In this document: positions 13,901-25,345 of the stretch, in pieces | How the letters are laid out: every line of letters starts with the position of its first letter | Position numbering within the stretch: the first letter of the stretch is position 1 | Source of the DNA: Eledone cirrhosa | Lineage: Eukaryota | Assembly: GCA_964016885.1 (NCBI GenBank) | Contig: OZ024753.1 | Span: forward strand, 42,284,001-42,348,000 | Direction of reading: 5' to 3' | DNA: 64,000 bases | The notes under the pieces: generated by a model | Database searches by the model: none | Told to the model about the DNA's origin: nothing | What the model saw: only the letters and a program-made list of their open reading frames with translations | Program-made: the position numbers and the translations under genes

Positions 13901-15049
13901 GTTCCAACTGGTATAATCTAAGGTAGATTTCTTTATTGGCCACAAGTGGAAAACATTAGGATACTATCAAGTGATATATTATTTAGCCAGTCAGCTACAG
14001 TGTGTCTGGTGTTTGTTAGTGACGTTAGTAGGTATGGAATTGGAACAGTCCCTAGTGAACAGCTGATAGAAGCTCTAGGTTATAGCCAAGATATATATAT
14101 GAAATATTCAGTTGGGAGACTGCAAATCATAGTAGTACTCAATAAATGCTAAGTTGCAGAGTAGGTAACAATATACGGTGTAGTTTGAATGGATAGCGCT
14201 TTCCATTTTGACTGTTGCAACTTATATATATATATATATATATAAGAAGGAACGAGGTGTCAGTATCATCATTAAATTTAGTTAGGTGTGATGTGCATTT
14301 CACAATTGATCGGCTGAAGGTTTGATCTGTATTGATCGGGCCAGACTCTGGAATCAATAGCTCATGAGATGCATCAATAGCTCAAGTTAATGAACCAACA
14401 GTAACACAAGGTTACAATATATATATATAGTAACCAGTAATATAGTGGTAATTATTAATATAACATAAACAGTAATTTAAGACTGACAGTATATATCTAT
14501 TATTGTGTTAAATTGTTATCAATGATTGTAGTAACTATCATACTATTAGTAATTCAAAACAACACAGGTTGTCCCTTTGTTCATTATTATACCAAACTAC
14601 TCATATAAGTAAACCGTTAGTATTACATCTAGTGCTGGACTTTACATAAGCTAACACTTAGGGCCACACTCACTCGGGCAGCCTTATTTTTAAAATATAT
14701 TTTTATTATCATTAGTTTTTATTCTTTAACAATAAATCATCAAAAATTATAATTTATACTTTATCATTACATTAATATACAAAAATAATAATTATATTCT
14801 TTTAGAGAAAGGCCTCAAATTTCAGTAGGTGAAAGTTGGACCTCCCTGAAACCAGTCTTGGAGACCCATGGGAAATTTGTTTGTCCTGTGATTTAAAAAA
14901 AAATTTTAATATTTGTTTTGAACGAATATAACATTGAAAAACCTTCATAAATTACTGGTTTTCTGTGGTCCACCCCTCACCCAAGAACTACATAACACTC
15001 GTCTCAGAGACGGCTGCAATAATAAATAAATATTTAAATAAAAAAAAAT

Positions 15050-15270
15050 AATGGTTTCTGATTTAGGCACATGGCCAGCAATTTTAGGGGAGAGGAAAAT
15101 CGATTAAATCGACCTCAGTGCATTACTGGTACTTTATTTTATCGACCCCCGTAAGGATGAAAGCAAAGCTATGCTCAGTGGGATATGAACTCAGACAGTA
15201 AAGGGCCGTAACTCTATGCTGCAAAGCATGGTGTCCGACGCTGTACTGATACTGCCAATCCATCGCCTTT
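15050..15270 (-). mobile_element. tRNA-derived SINE (representative of a high-copy family)
   Basis: B-box-like gagttca(a/t)atccc and conserved body gcctttcatccttacgggggtcgataaaataaagtaccag. Other copies lie at ~4125-4290, 8270-8760 (tandem tails), 11585-11760, 34700-34890, 39495-39670, 55445-55635, 57065-57240 and 63390-63480. Confidence 0.8.
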
Positions 15271-15749
15271 AAATGAAAATAGTAATGTAGCCAATCCACC
15301 TGTTGGTAGGTAAATTATACAGATTTGTCAACATAAGGAGGTGTTAATACGGTAATGAAAGCAACACTGTAGCAGAGTAATGAGACACGGAAATTACATA
15401 GAATACATTATTTTATACCTCACAGAAAGGATATCAGAGTTTTGTTCATATTTAGAGAGGCTGGTCCTATGTTGGGTGGAACAATAGATGTTTGTTCTGT
15501 ATATTGTAATATATCCTTGCATATATACAACATAGGTTGTGTTATATTTAAGAAATGTCCAATGTTCTTATATCCAGTGCCAGTATATAGGAATGGGGCG
15601 AGAGATAAGTCCATGGATGTCCATATTGGAACGGTTACTGTAGTATAAACCTTTTAAATATTGTTTCGTATATTGATTGAGATTTTTGGGTCACCGTGTG
15701 TGTAACAGGTATATGTATGTGTGTGTATTGATTAAGATTTTGGGGGACA

Positions 15750-15791
<42 letters not shown>

Positions 15792-16079
15792 TGATTGAAA
15801 CTTTGAGGACACCATCTGTGTTTGTGTGTATGTATATATATATATATATTAAGACTGTGGAGAGACAATTGTGTATGTGTACACATATATGGGTGTGTTT
15901 GTAAATACACACACACACACACATATATATATATATCATATATACACACATACACATTGTACAGAATCTTTATAATACCTACACCCAACTTTCTTTAAGC
16001 ATAAGTATAAACTACTAAATTGAAAAATGGTCTTACTTGTCTTAACTAGTAAACATCTCACCCACCGACTACACACACG

Positions 16080-16149
<70 letters not shown>

Positions 16150-16321
16150 AAACGAAAATTCAGTGATGCATCTGAACACAATAAATTGATTTCAGATGCA
16201 TCACTGATTTTTCGTTTTCTATTATATCATACTCTGCTCTGTAAGAGCATAGAGTGCTCAACCGGCCCATGGAAGCATCTTAGCTACAATCACACACACA
16301 CATATATAAAGTCTGTAATAT

Positions 16322-17662
16322 TTATTCTATCTGTCCCACGTTAGCATAGATTGTATGTTCTAACCAAACTGTTTGAACCTCTTCCTTTTCACTGGGGAGG
16401 CCGAGTGTAACGTTCTTGTAACTGTGCCGCATAACAAATGCCACCCTCACCTGGCCCTTAGTGTCGACAGGGGTAACCCCAATAATGAAAACAATCTTGT
16501 TCAGCTTACGAGACACAATTACTTCTGGGTCATCATCAAACACATTTTCCAGGGAGTTACTAGCTTCGTATAAAGAATCTTCGTCACGTCTGGCTAGGAC
16601 GATCTGTTTTTTAGGCAGCTCAACTTTAGCAGTTGAATACAAATCTTCTCCTTCGACAGGGCTAAGTTTTATGTCCATGTTGTAAATAGCTGGGTTTGAC
16701 AATGTCAACGTAACTTTCTTCTGTTTGTTTGGGGTAAAGACATTATAGGTAGAGATTCGAAGTTCTGGGACATGGTACATAGCAGTTGATTGGATTTTAA
16801 ATTTGGTTGAAGCAGAGTTGTAGTCCGGCTTGATAAGGTTGTGGTCACATTTCTTACACCTGACCGACTTCCGAACCTGTAAATGTTTGTGTCTGGGGTA
16901 CATATTATTAAACTGTACCGGTTGGAATTCAGGCGATGATAATCTTTGATCAATTGTTGTTATTTTGTTCAACTGTATAGGATTAGTAAAGATTTCTTCG
17001 TTAAGGTCATCGAATTCAGTCACTGTCTCTGCAGGTTCTATCTCCAAGACTGTAGTACAGTCATCATCATGAAGAGCTGCCGAGGGGCTGTTTAATGCCT
17101 TTCTCTTCAGAGCCACAGTCGCCAAACCGAATTTATCGTTATAATAAATATGGCCACGCCTTTTAATAAATTTCTCCCGTTCCTTTTCAGAGTTCTCTTT
17201 CAGGGAAAGCTTCTTATAATATTCTAACAGCATTGTAACTCTATCAAGATGAGGGCTTTCCAAATCTTGCCAGCCTCCCGTAGCAATAGGTTTGTCACCA
17301 ATACCTATATCTCTGGTGGTCCAACGACAAAATCCACAAGCTAAATAGTACATCTTTTTCGGAATATTCTTGGTCGGATCCTCTGGGTTGACAATGAAAG
17401 TATTTGTGGCCCTGGTAGATAATAAATGTCCACAGCTGGGGCAATCAAAACAACTGCCACATCGGTTCTTACGGAGTTTCGCCTCCGTTGATGGTAGATT
17501 TTCAAGACAACATGGACAGAAGTGAGAATCCACTTCGTGTAGAAGACAATCGCCACATCTCAACTTAAAACAATGTCGGCACAGATAAAGCCAACAAATT
17601 GGATGTTTCTTGCCACAATCACAAAGGTATTTCACCTTGCCAATATCTCGGTACGTCGACAT
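16322..17662 (-). CDS. DCTN4: Dynactin subunit 4 (p62), single-exon 446-aa ORF
   Basis: Uninterrupted ORF with dynactin p62 motifs: LYLCRHCFKLRCGDC..HEVDSHFCPCCLENLPSTEAKLRKNRCGSCFDCPSCGHLLSTRA, YYLACGFCRWTTRD, RCKKCDHNLIKPDYN. Confidence 0.96.
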   Translation of the reverse strand: MSTYRDIGKVKYLCDCGKKHPICWLYLCRHCFKLRCGDCLLHEVDSHFCPCCLENLPSTEAKLRKNRCGSCFDCPSCGHLLSTRATNTFIVNPEDPTKNIPKKMYYLACGFCRWTTRDIGIGDKPIATGGWQDLESPHLDRVTMLLEYYKKLSLKENSEKEREKFIKRRGHIYYNDKFGLATVALKRKALNSPSAALHDDDCTTVLEIEPAETVTEFDDLNEEIFTNPIQLNKITTIDQRLSSPEFQPVQFNNMYPRHKHLQVRKSVRCKKCDHNLIKPDYNSASTKFKIQSTAMYHVPELRISTYNVFTPNKQKKVTLTLSNPAIYNMDIKLSPVEGEDLYSTAKVELPKKQIVLARRDEDSLYEASNSLENVFDDDPEVIVSRKLNKIVFIIGVTPVDTKGQVRVAFVMRHSYKNVTLGLPSEKEEVQTVWLEHTIYANVGQIE

Positions 17663-18224
17663 TACTGCAACCGGAAACTACAGTAATGTCAACTTCTCGT
17701 CTTTTCTCCACCAGTTCTCGTTCTTCTATGTCATCTTTGTAGATTCATTATTTTCGTACTTTTTTCTGTATTTTTCTCTCACAGTAAAATTACTTTATCA
17801 ATCGGTTGTAGAAGAAATAAGAAGTAATATAAATTTTAATAGTAAATAACAGAAATATATGTTCCTTTGTGTAGACAAGGAAACTGTCGTACAAAAATTT
17901 AGTCTGCTACAAACATGGAGATTTCAAATGGACAGAATGTTGAGGTAGAATTATTATAATAAAACAGGGATGTGATATAATATAAAGTCAAATGATTATA
18001 TATAACTTTAGTTGGTCGGATTAAAGGCTCTGCGCTCTAAGTTCAAATCCCGCCGAGCTCAACTTCGCCGGTTCCACTTGAGATCGATAAATGAAATACC
18101 AATCCAGTATTAGGCTGAATCACTCTCTCCTAGTTCTTCAATGTATGCCAGGGTATTTATCACCCTATGTTAGCTTTACAATGTGTACCTAGGTATCTAG
18201 CACCCTAGACACCTACTGTCACTT

Positions 18225-18290
18225 TTGCCCCCCCCCCCCACTGCAGGGGCCCGGAGTAACTGCCCCCCCCCCCCATCAAATACGACCCTG
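18225..18290 (-). repeat. Short C/G-tract repeat fragment (CAGGGTCGTATTT...GGGGGCAG...GGGCCCC type, MITE-like)
   Basis: Poly-C tracts around a ggggcccgg core. The family assignment is by resemblance only. Confidence 0.35.
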
Positions 18291-18320
18291 GACTCTACAC
18301 TCGAGTCTGAGTGGTGTTTC

Positions 18321-18705
18321 AGCTGTACCCCTCGAAGAAAATAGCAAAGGTATTGTCGCGGAGAATGATCAGCGACACCCAGTGCTCCTTCCTCAAGTGG
18401 GCTGTTGTCTTTCGAATTTACGAAGGAAATCAGCTGTTCGGAGACTGAGAACACCCGGGGTCTCGACGACAACCGGTACAAAGAGGAAAGAGTCGGCCAA
18501 GCCCCGGTTTTTAATTATCTTCTTTTCCTCTGCACTGCGAGCGGCGGTGCCCCGTATGTGCGGCCGAAGCGACAGGGTTAGATGTAGAGAAAGGATCACA
18601 GCACGTCAGGTCCCAGATTAGGGCATTAATTTCCCTCGAATAGAAACAGGGTTATTAGGTTAGTCATAACGGTTGAGGTCACCTAGTTCTGGCTCACCAA
18701 TCTAC
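18321..18705 (-). ncRNA. Box H/ACA-domain ncRNA; candidate telomerase RNA
   Basis: GC-rich island with no credible ORF. On the minus strand: a 5' hairpin, H box ACAACA (18408-18403), a ~19-bp G-U-rich stem (18402-18383 with 18346-18327) capped by ugucgc/gcgaca, then ACA (18326-18324) plus 3 nt. A long-range helix pairs 18703-18691 with 18503-18489. CUAACCCU lies at 18581-18574 and UAACCCU at 18654-18648. Confidence 0.55.
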
Positions 18706-18957
18706 ACTATGGCGGCATGGTAGCAGATACAGACCAAACTCTGCTACAAAAAGCTGTTGTGTTGTTGATAATTCATCCTATTAACTGATGTTGACAATAT
18801 ACAGTTTCAAGATGGCGCCATATAAAGATATCATTAGCAGATCTATCAGTTATTATATATCTATATATTTATTTAGCAATGTTTTCAGTGTATTCCAGAT
18901 TGTATATTAACTCCTGCGTAGAACATAACACCTGCCTCTAATTGCAACAACACACAG
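18700..18957 (+). promoter_or_regulatory. Probable promoter / non-coding first exon of GPR155, divergent from DCTN4
   Basis: YY1-like motifs atggcggc (~18709) and caagatggcg (~18808), plus a strong donor cacag|gtaagc at 18957/18958. A further possible UTR exon lies at 26768-26903 (ttttcag|...tag|gtaagt). Confidence 0.45.
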
Positions 18958-20004
18958 GTAAGCTATTAATTAATTAAATATCTTTTAACTTTCAATGTAT
19001 CACCTATAGCTCTAAGATTAAAAAATGTAGATAAAAATACAACACTTGCAATTATATATTTTTTCATTTGTTTAACATATCAACTATTTTTATAATCAGC
19101 TTAAAACATTCTCTTATCAATTTATTATTGATTAAATTATATTTTGATACTGGGGATATTATTTACCAAGCAAATGCAGATAAGATATGATATGATATGC
19201 TTCACGTTTTTATAGCTACACACAAACATATAATATATATTGTGTATATATATCTATATATATATACACAAACATTATATAATATATATCACATTATACA
19301 ACTCAACATACGGCATCTCGATATTGTTTAGGTCAACTCGTGAGAAAAGACTATCCTGTTTTTCGTCATTTTTTTCCGTTGTTTTCGCCCGCGAGGGACA
19401 TTATATATATATACATATATACATATTATAATTGAATATAAAAGAAAAATTGATATATATATATATATATATGTTTGAAGTAATTCTGCCAGAAAGGTCC
19501 AGGAAAAAAGAGTGCTCGGTGTAGGTTACAGAGCTTAATAGTTATGTAACAAACAACATAAGATAATTATTTCATTTACCAGTGGTTTCTTGTAAGATAA
19601 ACGTCCATGGTACTTACAAGAAACCACTGGTAAATGAAATAATTATTTTATGTTGTTTATTACATAACTATATATATATAGATATAGTAGAGTGTCGGGG
19701 CCTGACGGCTGAGCTCTTGCCATTTCCACAGCAACATGTGCGTGTGCTGGACCTTCGTCGGTTCTGGCGATGAGTGTTCCAGTTGTTCGAACAATAGAAC
19801 AGTCTGCTCGCAAACATTAACGTGGAAGTGCCCGAGCATTACACAGCCATGTTCCATCAACTAACGTTAATTCTCAGGGAGATTGAAGGTGACACTGTGT
19901 AACATAGAGGCACAACCTAGTTGACTGGAGCAACATGAAATAAAGTGTCTTGCTGAAGGTCACAACACGTTGCAGGGCATTGAACTCATGACTTTACGAT
20001 CGCA

Positions 20005-20066
<62 letters not shown>

Positions 20067-20804
20067 TAGAAGGGGTATTTAATATGTTGGAAGTCCGACA
20101 AATATAAATGTTTATAACTGATTTAGAGCACTCAACAGTTCCTGGAGTAAATATTAAATGATATTAAATAAATGAAAACTATATTTATAAAACATATATA
20201 TATATGTGTGTCTCTCTCTCTATATATATATGAGTGCATAAGGTGTACAGCGTATTACTATATCTAAAAGAGATCTCTATACATTTATAGAGTAATGGTT
20301 ACTATACAATTGCTACACATATATATATATGAAAAGGTTCAGGACCCCAACAGCAGAGCTCAAGCCGTTTCGACGGCTATTTCTGGACCAAATTAGATTT
20401 TTGTATCGGGTACTCTGGTTCTTTACCACACTTCCTTCGTTAAATATATATATTTAATCTCATCATCATCACCGTTTTACGTCCATTCTTCCACTCTAGC
20501 ATGGGTTAGACGGGTTGTCCTGTTGTGGGTCAGGTGACCGTGTCTTGCTCATACGGGAACTGATTTTGGCTTGATTTCTACAGCCTTTCCTGACACCAAC
20601 CTCATTTACAGTGAGGGCTGGGTGCTTTTTTACTGTGGCGCCTACACGACCACCTTTTACACGAGCCTACCCTTCTGGCGTGGGTTATGGGAGTTATGAC
20701 CCAAGCCAGTTCTTATTGGAGTTGCTACCCTCCTAGACGAGTGGGTTACCTCTGGCACGTACCTTCCATTTTTGACAGGGTCTGTACAGCTGGATGCCTG
20801 CCCT

Positions 20805-23800
20805 TCACTTTACAGAGTGTACTGGGTACATTTTATTGTGGCACCAACACAAACACATCACAGAGTGTACTGGGTACATTTTATTGTGGCACCAACACTA
20901 ACACATCACAGAGTGTACTGGGTGCATGTTACCATGACACCAACACTACCACTTTACAGTGTACTGGGTGTATTTTATTGTGGCACCAGCACTACCACTT
21001 TACAGAGTGTACTGGGTACATGTTATTGTGACACCAACACTACCACTTTACAGAGTGTACTGGGTACATATTATTGTGACACCAGCACTACCACTTTACA
21101 GAGTGTACTGGGTACATGTTATTGTGACACCAACACTACCACTTTACAGAGTGTACTGGGTATATGTTATTGTGGCACCAGCACTACCACTTTACAGAGT
21201 GTACTGGGTACATGTTATTGTGACACCAGCACTACCACTTTACAGAGTGTACTGGGTGTATTTTATTGTGGCACCAGCACTACCACTTTACAGAGTGTAC
21301 TGGGTACATGTTATTGTGACACCAGCACTACCACTTTACAGAGTGTACTGGGTACATGTTATTGTGACACCAGCACTACCACTTTACAGAGTGTACTGGG
21401 TGTATTTTATTGTGGCACCAGCACTACCACTTTACAGAGTGTACTGGGTGTATTTTATTGTGGCACCAGCACTACCACTTTACAGAGTGTACTGGGTACA
21501 TGTTATTGTGACACCAGCACTACCACTTTACAGAGTGTACTGGGTACATGTTATTGTGACACCAGCACTACCACTTTACAGAGTGTACTGGGTACATGTT
21601 ATTGTGGCACCAGCACTACCACTTTACAGAGTGTACTGGGTACATGTTATTGTGGCACCAGCACTACCACTTTACAGAGTGTACTGGGTACATGTTATTG
21701 TGGCACCAGCACTACCACTTTACAGAGTGTACTGGGTATAATAATAATAATGAAATTATTGTGTAAAGTGCTCAGGTGCACTACAACTCGTCAATATAGT
21801 ACATAGAATAATACACAAATGTCAGGGAAGTACATGTGTGTATGTGTTAGCTGTTCTGTTGGCGGATCTCGGGCAGCATGGAGGCCTTAAATGTTATTGT
21901 GACACCAACACTACCACTTTACAGAGTGTACTGGGTACATGTTATTGTGACACCAACACTACCACTTTACAGAGTGTACTGGGTACATGTTATTGTGGCA
22001 CCAACACTACCACTTTACAGAGTGTACTGGGTACATGTTATTGTGGCACCAACACTACCACTTTACAGAGTGTACTGGGTACATGTTATTATGACACCAA
22101 CACTACCACTTTACAGAGTGTACTGGGTACATGTTATTGTGACACCAGCACTACCACTTTACAGAGTGTACTGGGTACATGTTATTGTGACACCAGCACT
22201 ACCACTTTACAGAGTGTACTGGGTATATGTTATTGTGACACCAGCACTACCACTTTACAGAGTGTACTGGGTGCATGTTATTGTGACACCAGCACTACCA
22301 CTTTACAGAGTGTACTGGGTACATGTTATTGTGACACCAACACTACCACTTTACAGAGTGTACTGGGTACATGTTATTGTGACACCAACACTACCACTTT
22401 ACAGAGTGTACTGGGTACATGTTATTGTGACACCACCACTACCACTTTACAGAGTGTACTGGGTACATGTTATTGTGACACCAACACTACCACTTTACAG
22501 AGTGTACTGGGTACATGTTATTGTGACACCAGCACTACCACTTTACAGAGTGTACTGGGTACATGTTATTGTGACACCAGCACTACCACTTTACAGAGTG
22601 TACTGGGTACATGTTATTGTGACACCAACACTACCACTTTACAGAGTGTACTGGGTACATGTTATTGTGACACCAGCACTACCACTTTACAGAGTGTACT
22701 GGGTACATGTTATTGTGACACCAACACTACCACTTTACAGAGTGTACTGGGTACATGTTATTGTGACACCACCACTACCACTTTACAGAGTGTACTGGGT
22801 ACATGTTATTGTGGCACCAGCACTACCACTTTACAGAGTGTACTGGGTACATGTTATTGTGACACCAACACTACCACTTTACAGAGTGTACTGGGTACAT
22901 GTTATTGTGACACCAACACTACCACTTTACAGAGTGTACTGGGTACATGTTATTGTGACACCAGCACTACCACTTTACAGAGTGTACTGGGTACATGTTA
23001 TTGTGACACCAACACTACCACTTTACAGAGTGTACTGGGTACATGTTATTGTGACACCAGCACTACCACTTTACAGTGTACTGGGTGCACGGTATTGTGA
23101 CACCAGCACTACCACTTTACAGAGTGTACTGGGTGCACGGTATTGTGACACCAGCACTACCACTTTACAGAGTGTACTGGGTGCACGGTATTGTGACACC
23201 AGCACTACCACTTTACAGAGTGTACTGGGTGCACGGTATTGTGACACCAGCACTACCACTTTACAGAGTGTACTGGGTGCACGGTATTGTGACACCAGCA
23301 CTACCACTTTACAGAGTGTACTGGGTGCACGGTATTGTGACACCACCACTACCACTTTACAGAGTGTACTGGGTACATGTTATTGTGACACCAACACTAC
23401 CACTTTACAGAGTGTACTGGGTACATGTTATTGTGACACCAGCACTACCACTTTACAGAGTGTACTGGGTACATGTTATTGTGACACCAGCACTACCACT
23501 TTACAGAGTGTACTGGGTACATGTTATTGTGACACCAGCACTACCACTTTACAGAGTGTACTGGGTACATGTTATTGTGACACCAGCACTACCACTTTAC
23601 AGAGTGTACTGGGTACATGTTATTGTGACACCAACACTACCACTTTACAGAGTGTACTGGGTACATGTTATTGTGACACCAACACTACCACTTTACAGAG
23701 TGTACTGGGTACATGTTATTGTGACACCAACACTACCACTTTACAGAGTGTACTGGGTACATGTTATTGTGACACCAGCACTACCACTTTACAGAGTGTA

Positions 23801-24654
23801 CTGGGTACATGTTATTGTGACACCAGCACTACCACTTTACAGAGTGTACTGGGTACATGTTATTGTGACACCAACACTACCACTTTACAGAGTGTACTGG
23901 GTACATGTTATTGTGACACCAGCACTACCACTTTACAGAGTGTACTGGGTACATGTTATTGTGACACCAACACTACCACTTTACAGAATGTACTGGGTAC
24001 ATGTTATTGTGACACCACCACTACCACTTTACAGAGTGTACTGGGTACATGTTATTGTGGCACCAGCACTACCACTTTACAGAGTGTACTGGGTACATGT
24101 TATTGTGACACCAACACTACCACTTTACAGAGTGTACTGGGTACATGTTATTGTGACACCAACACTACCACTTTACAGAGTGTACTGGGTACATGTTATT
24201 GTGACACCAGCACTACCACTTTACAGAGTGTACTGGGTACATGTTATTGTGACACCAACACTACCACTTTACAGAGTGTACTGGGTACATGTTATTGTGA
24301 CACCAGCACTACCACTTTACAGAGTGTACTGGGTACATGTTATTGTGACACCAGCACTACCACTTTACAGAGTGTACTGGGTACATGTTATTGTGACACC
24401 AGCACTACCACTTTACAGAGTGTACTGGGTACATGTTATTGTGACACCAACACTACCACTTTACAGAGTGTACTGGGTACATGTTATTGTGACACCAGCA
24501 CTACCACTTTACAGTGTACTGGGTGCACGGTATTGTGACACCAGCACTACCACTTTACAGAGTGTACTGGGTGCACGGTATTGTGACACCAGCACTACCA
24601 CTTTACAGAGTGTACTGGGTGCACGGTATTGTGACACCAGCACTACCACTTTAC
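20805..24654. repeat. 48-bp minisatellite (~77 copies) interrupted by a LINE 3' fragment at ~21738-21890
   Basis: Unit actttacagagtgtactgggtacatgttattgtgacaccagcactacc, with no unique spacers. Confidence 0.97.
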
Positions 24655-25345
24655 GTTTTGTGTTCAAATCCCACCAAGGTTAGATTTGTTTTTCAATAAA
24701 ATATAGTACCAGTTATATACTGGAGTTGATTTAATCGAATTTCCCCTCCCCTTCCACCAAAATTGTGTTGAAATGAGAAAGCATTATTATTTACAACAAT
24801 AAAGCTATTATGGCTATAAATCCACCACAAAAATATTCATATACGCTCTAATTGTTCAGTTAATTAACTTAACGAATATATATCATTCAACAAAAATAAC
24901 TATGATTTTATCTAAAAAAAACAACTAGTTTCATACAAAGTAATTTGACACACATATACATACACACACACTAAAAACCGCTCATACAAAGTAATTTGGT
25001 ACACATATATATATATATATATACACACAAATACCCACTAAAACTATTCATACAAAGTAATTTGACACACACACACACATATATATATATATATCCTCTA
25101 ACCCCTTTGTTTCTTATGTTTTCTACAGTTGCATGCTCTTCTTAATGTCAACCACTTTCCAGAAGGTATTTTCTATTGAGAAATTCTCTATCAACTTCAT
25201 TGAAGTCCTTGAGGCAAGTTTGTTTCATTGATTAGCTTACTGAATTCAGGTATTGTTTGTGTGTTAACCTTTTTACCTCAACAAAAGTTAGGTTTACAAT
25301 TTCTCCTACTTCAAACATGGAGCCCTCTAATATCTTCTGGTTGGT

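Noticed and set aside
18300-18640. RNase P/MRP, 7SK, U3 or spliceosomal snRNA identity for the GC island
   Set aside because: An RNase P CR-V-like AACACCACUCAGACU is present, but there is no CR-I GGAAnnUCUGAG. MRP-like motifs are in the wrong order, and there is no 7SK GAUC/GAUC stem, ordered U3 box set or clear Sm site.
18655-18663. CUAACCUAA, a perfect template for TTAGG repeats
   Set aside because: Molluscan telomeres are generally TTAGGG, and this motif overlaps a predicted hairpin. It is only worth revisiting if the chromosome ends prove to be TTAGG.
20772-24683. ORFs up to 886 aa and a CRISPR-like look in the 48-bp array
   Set aside because: The unit length is a multiple of 3 and stop-free by chance. 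There are no unique spacers or cas genes, and the context is eukaryotic.
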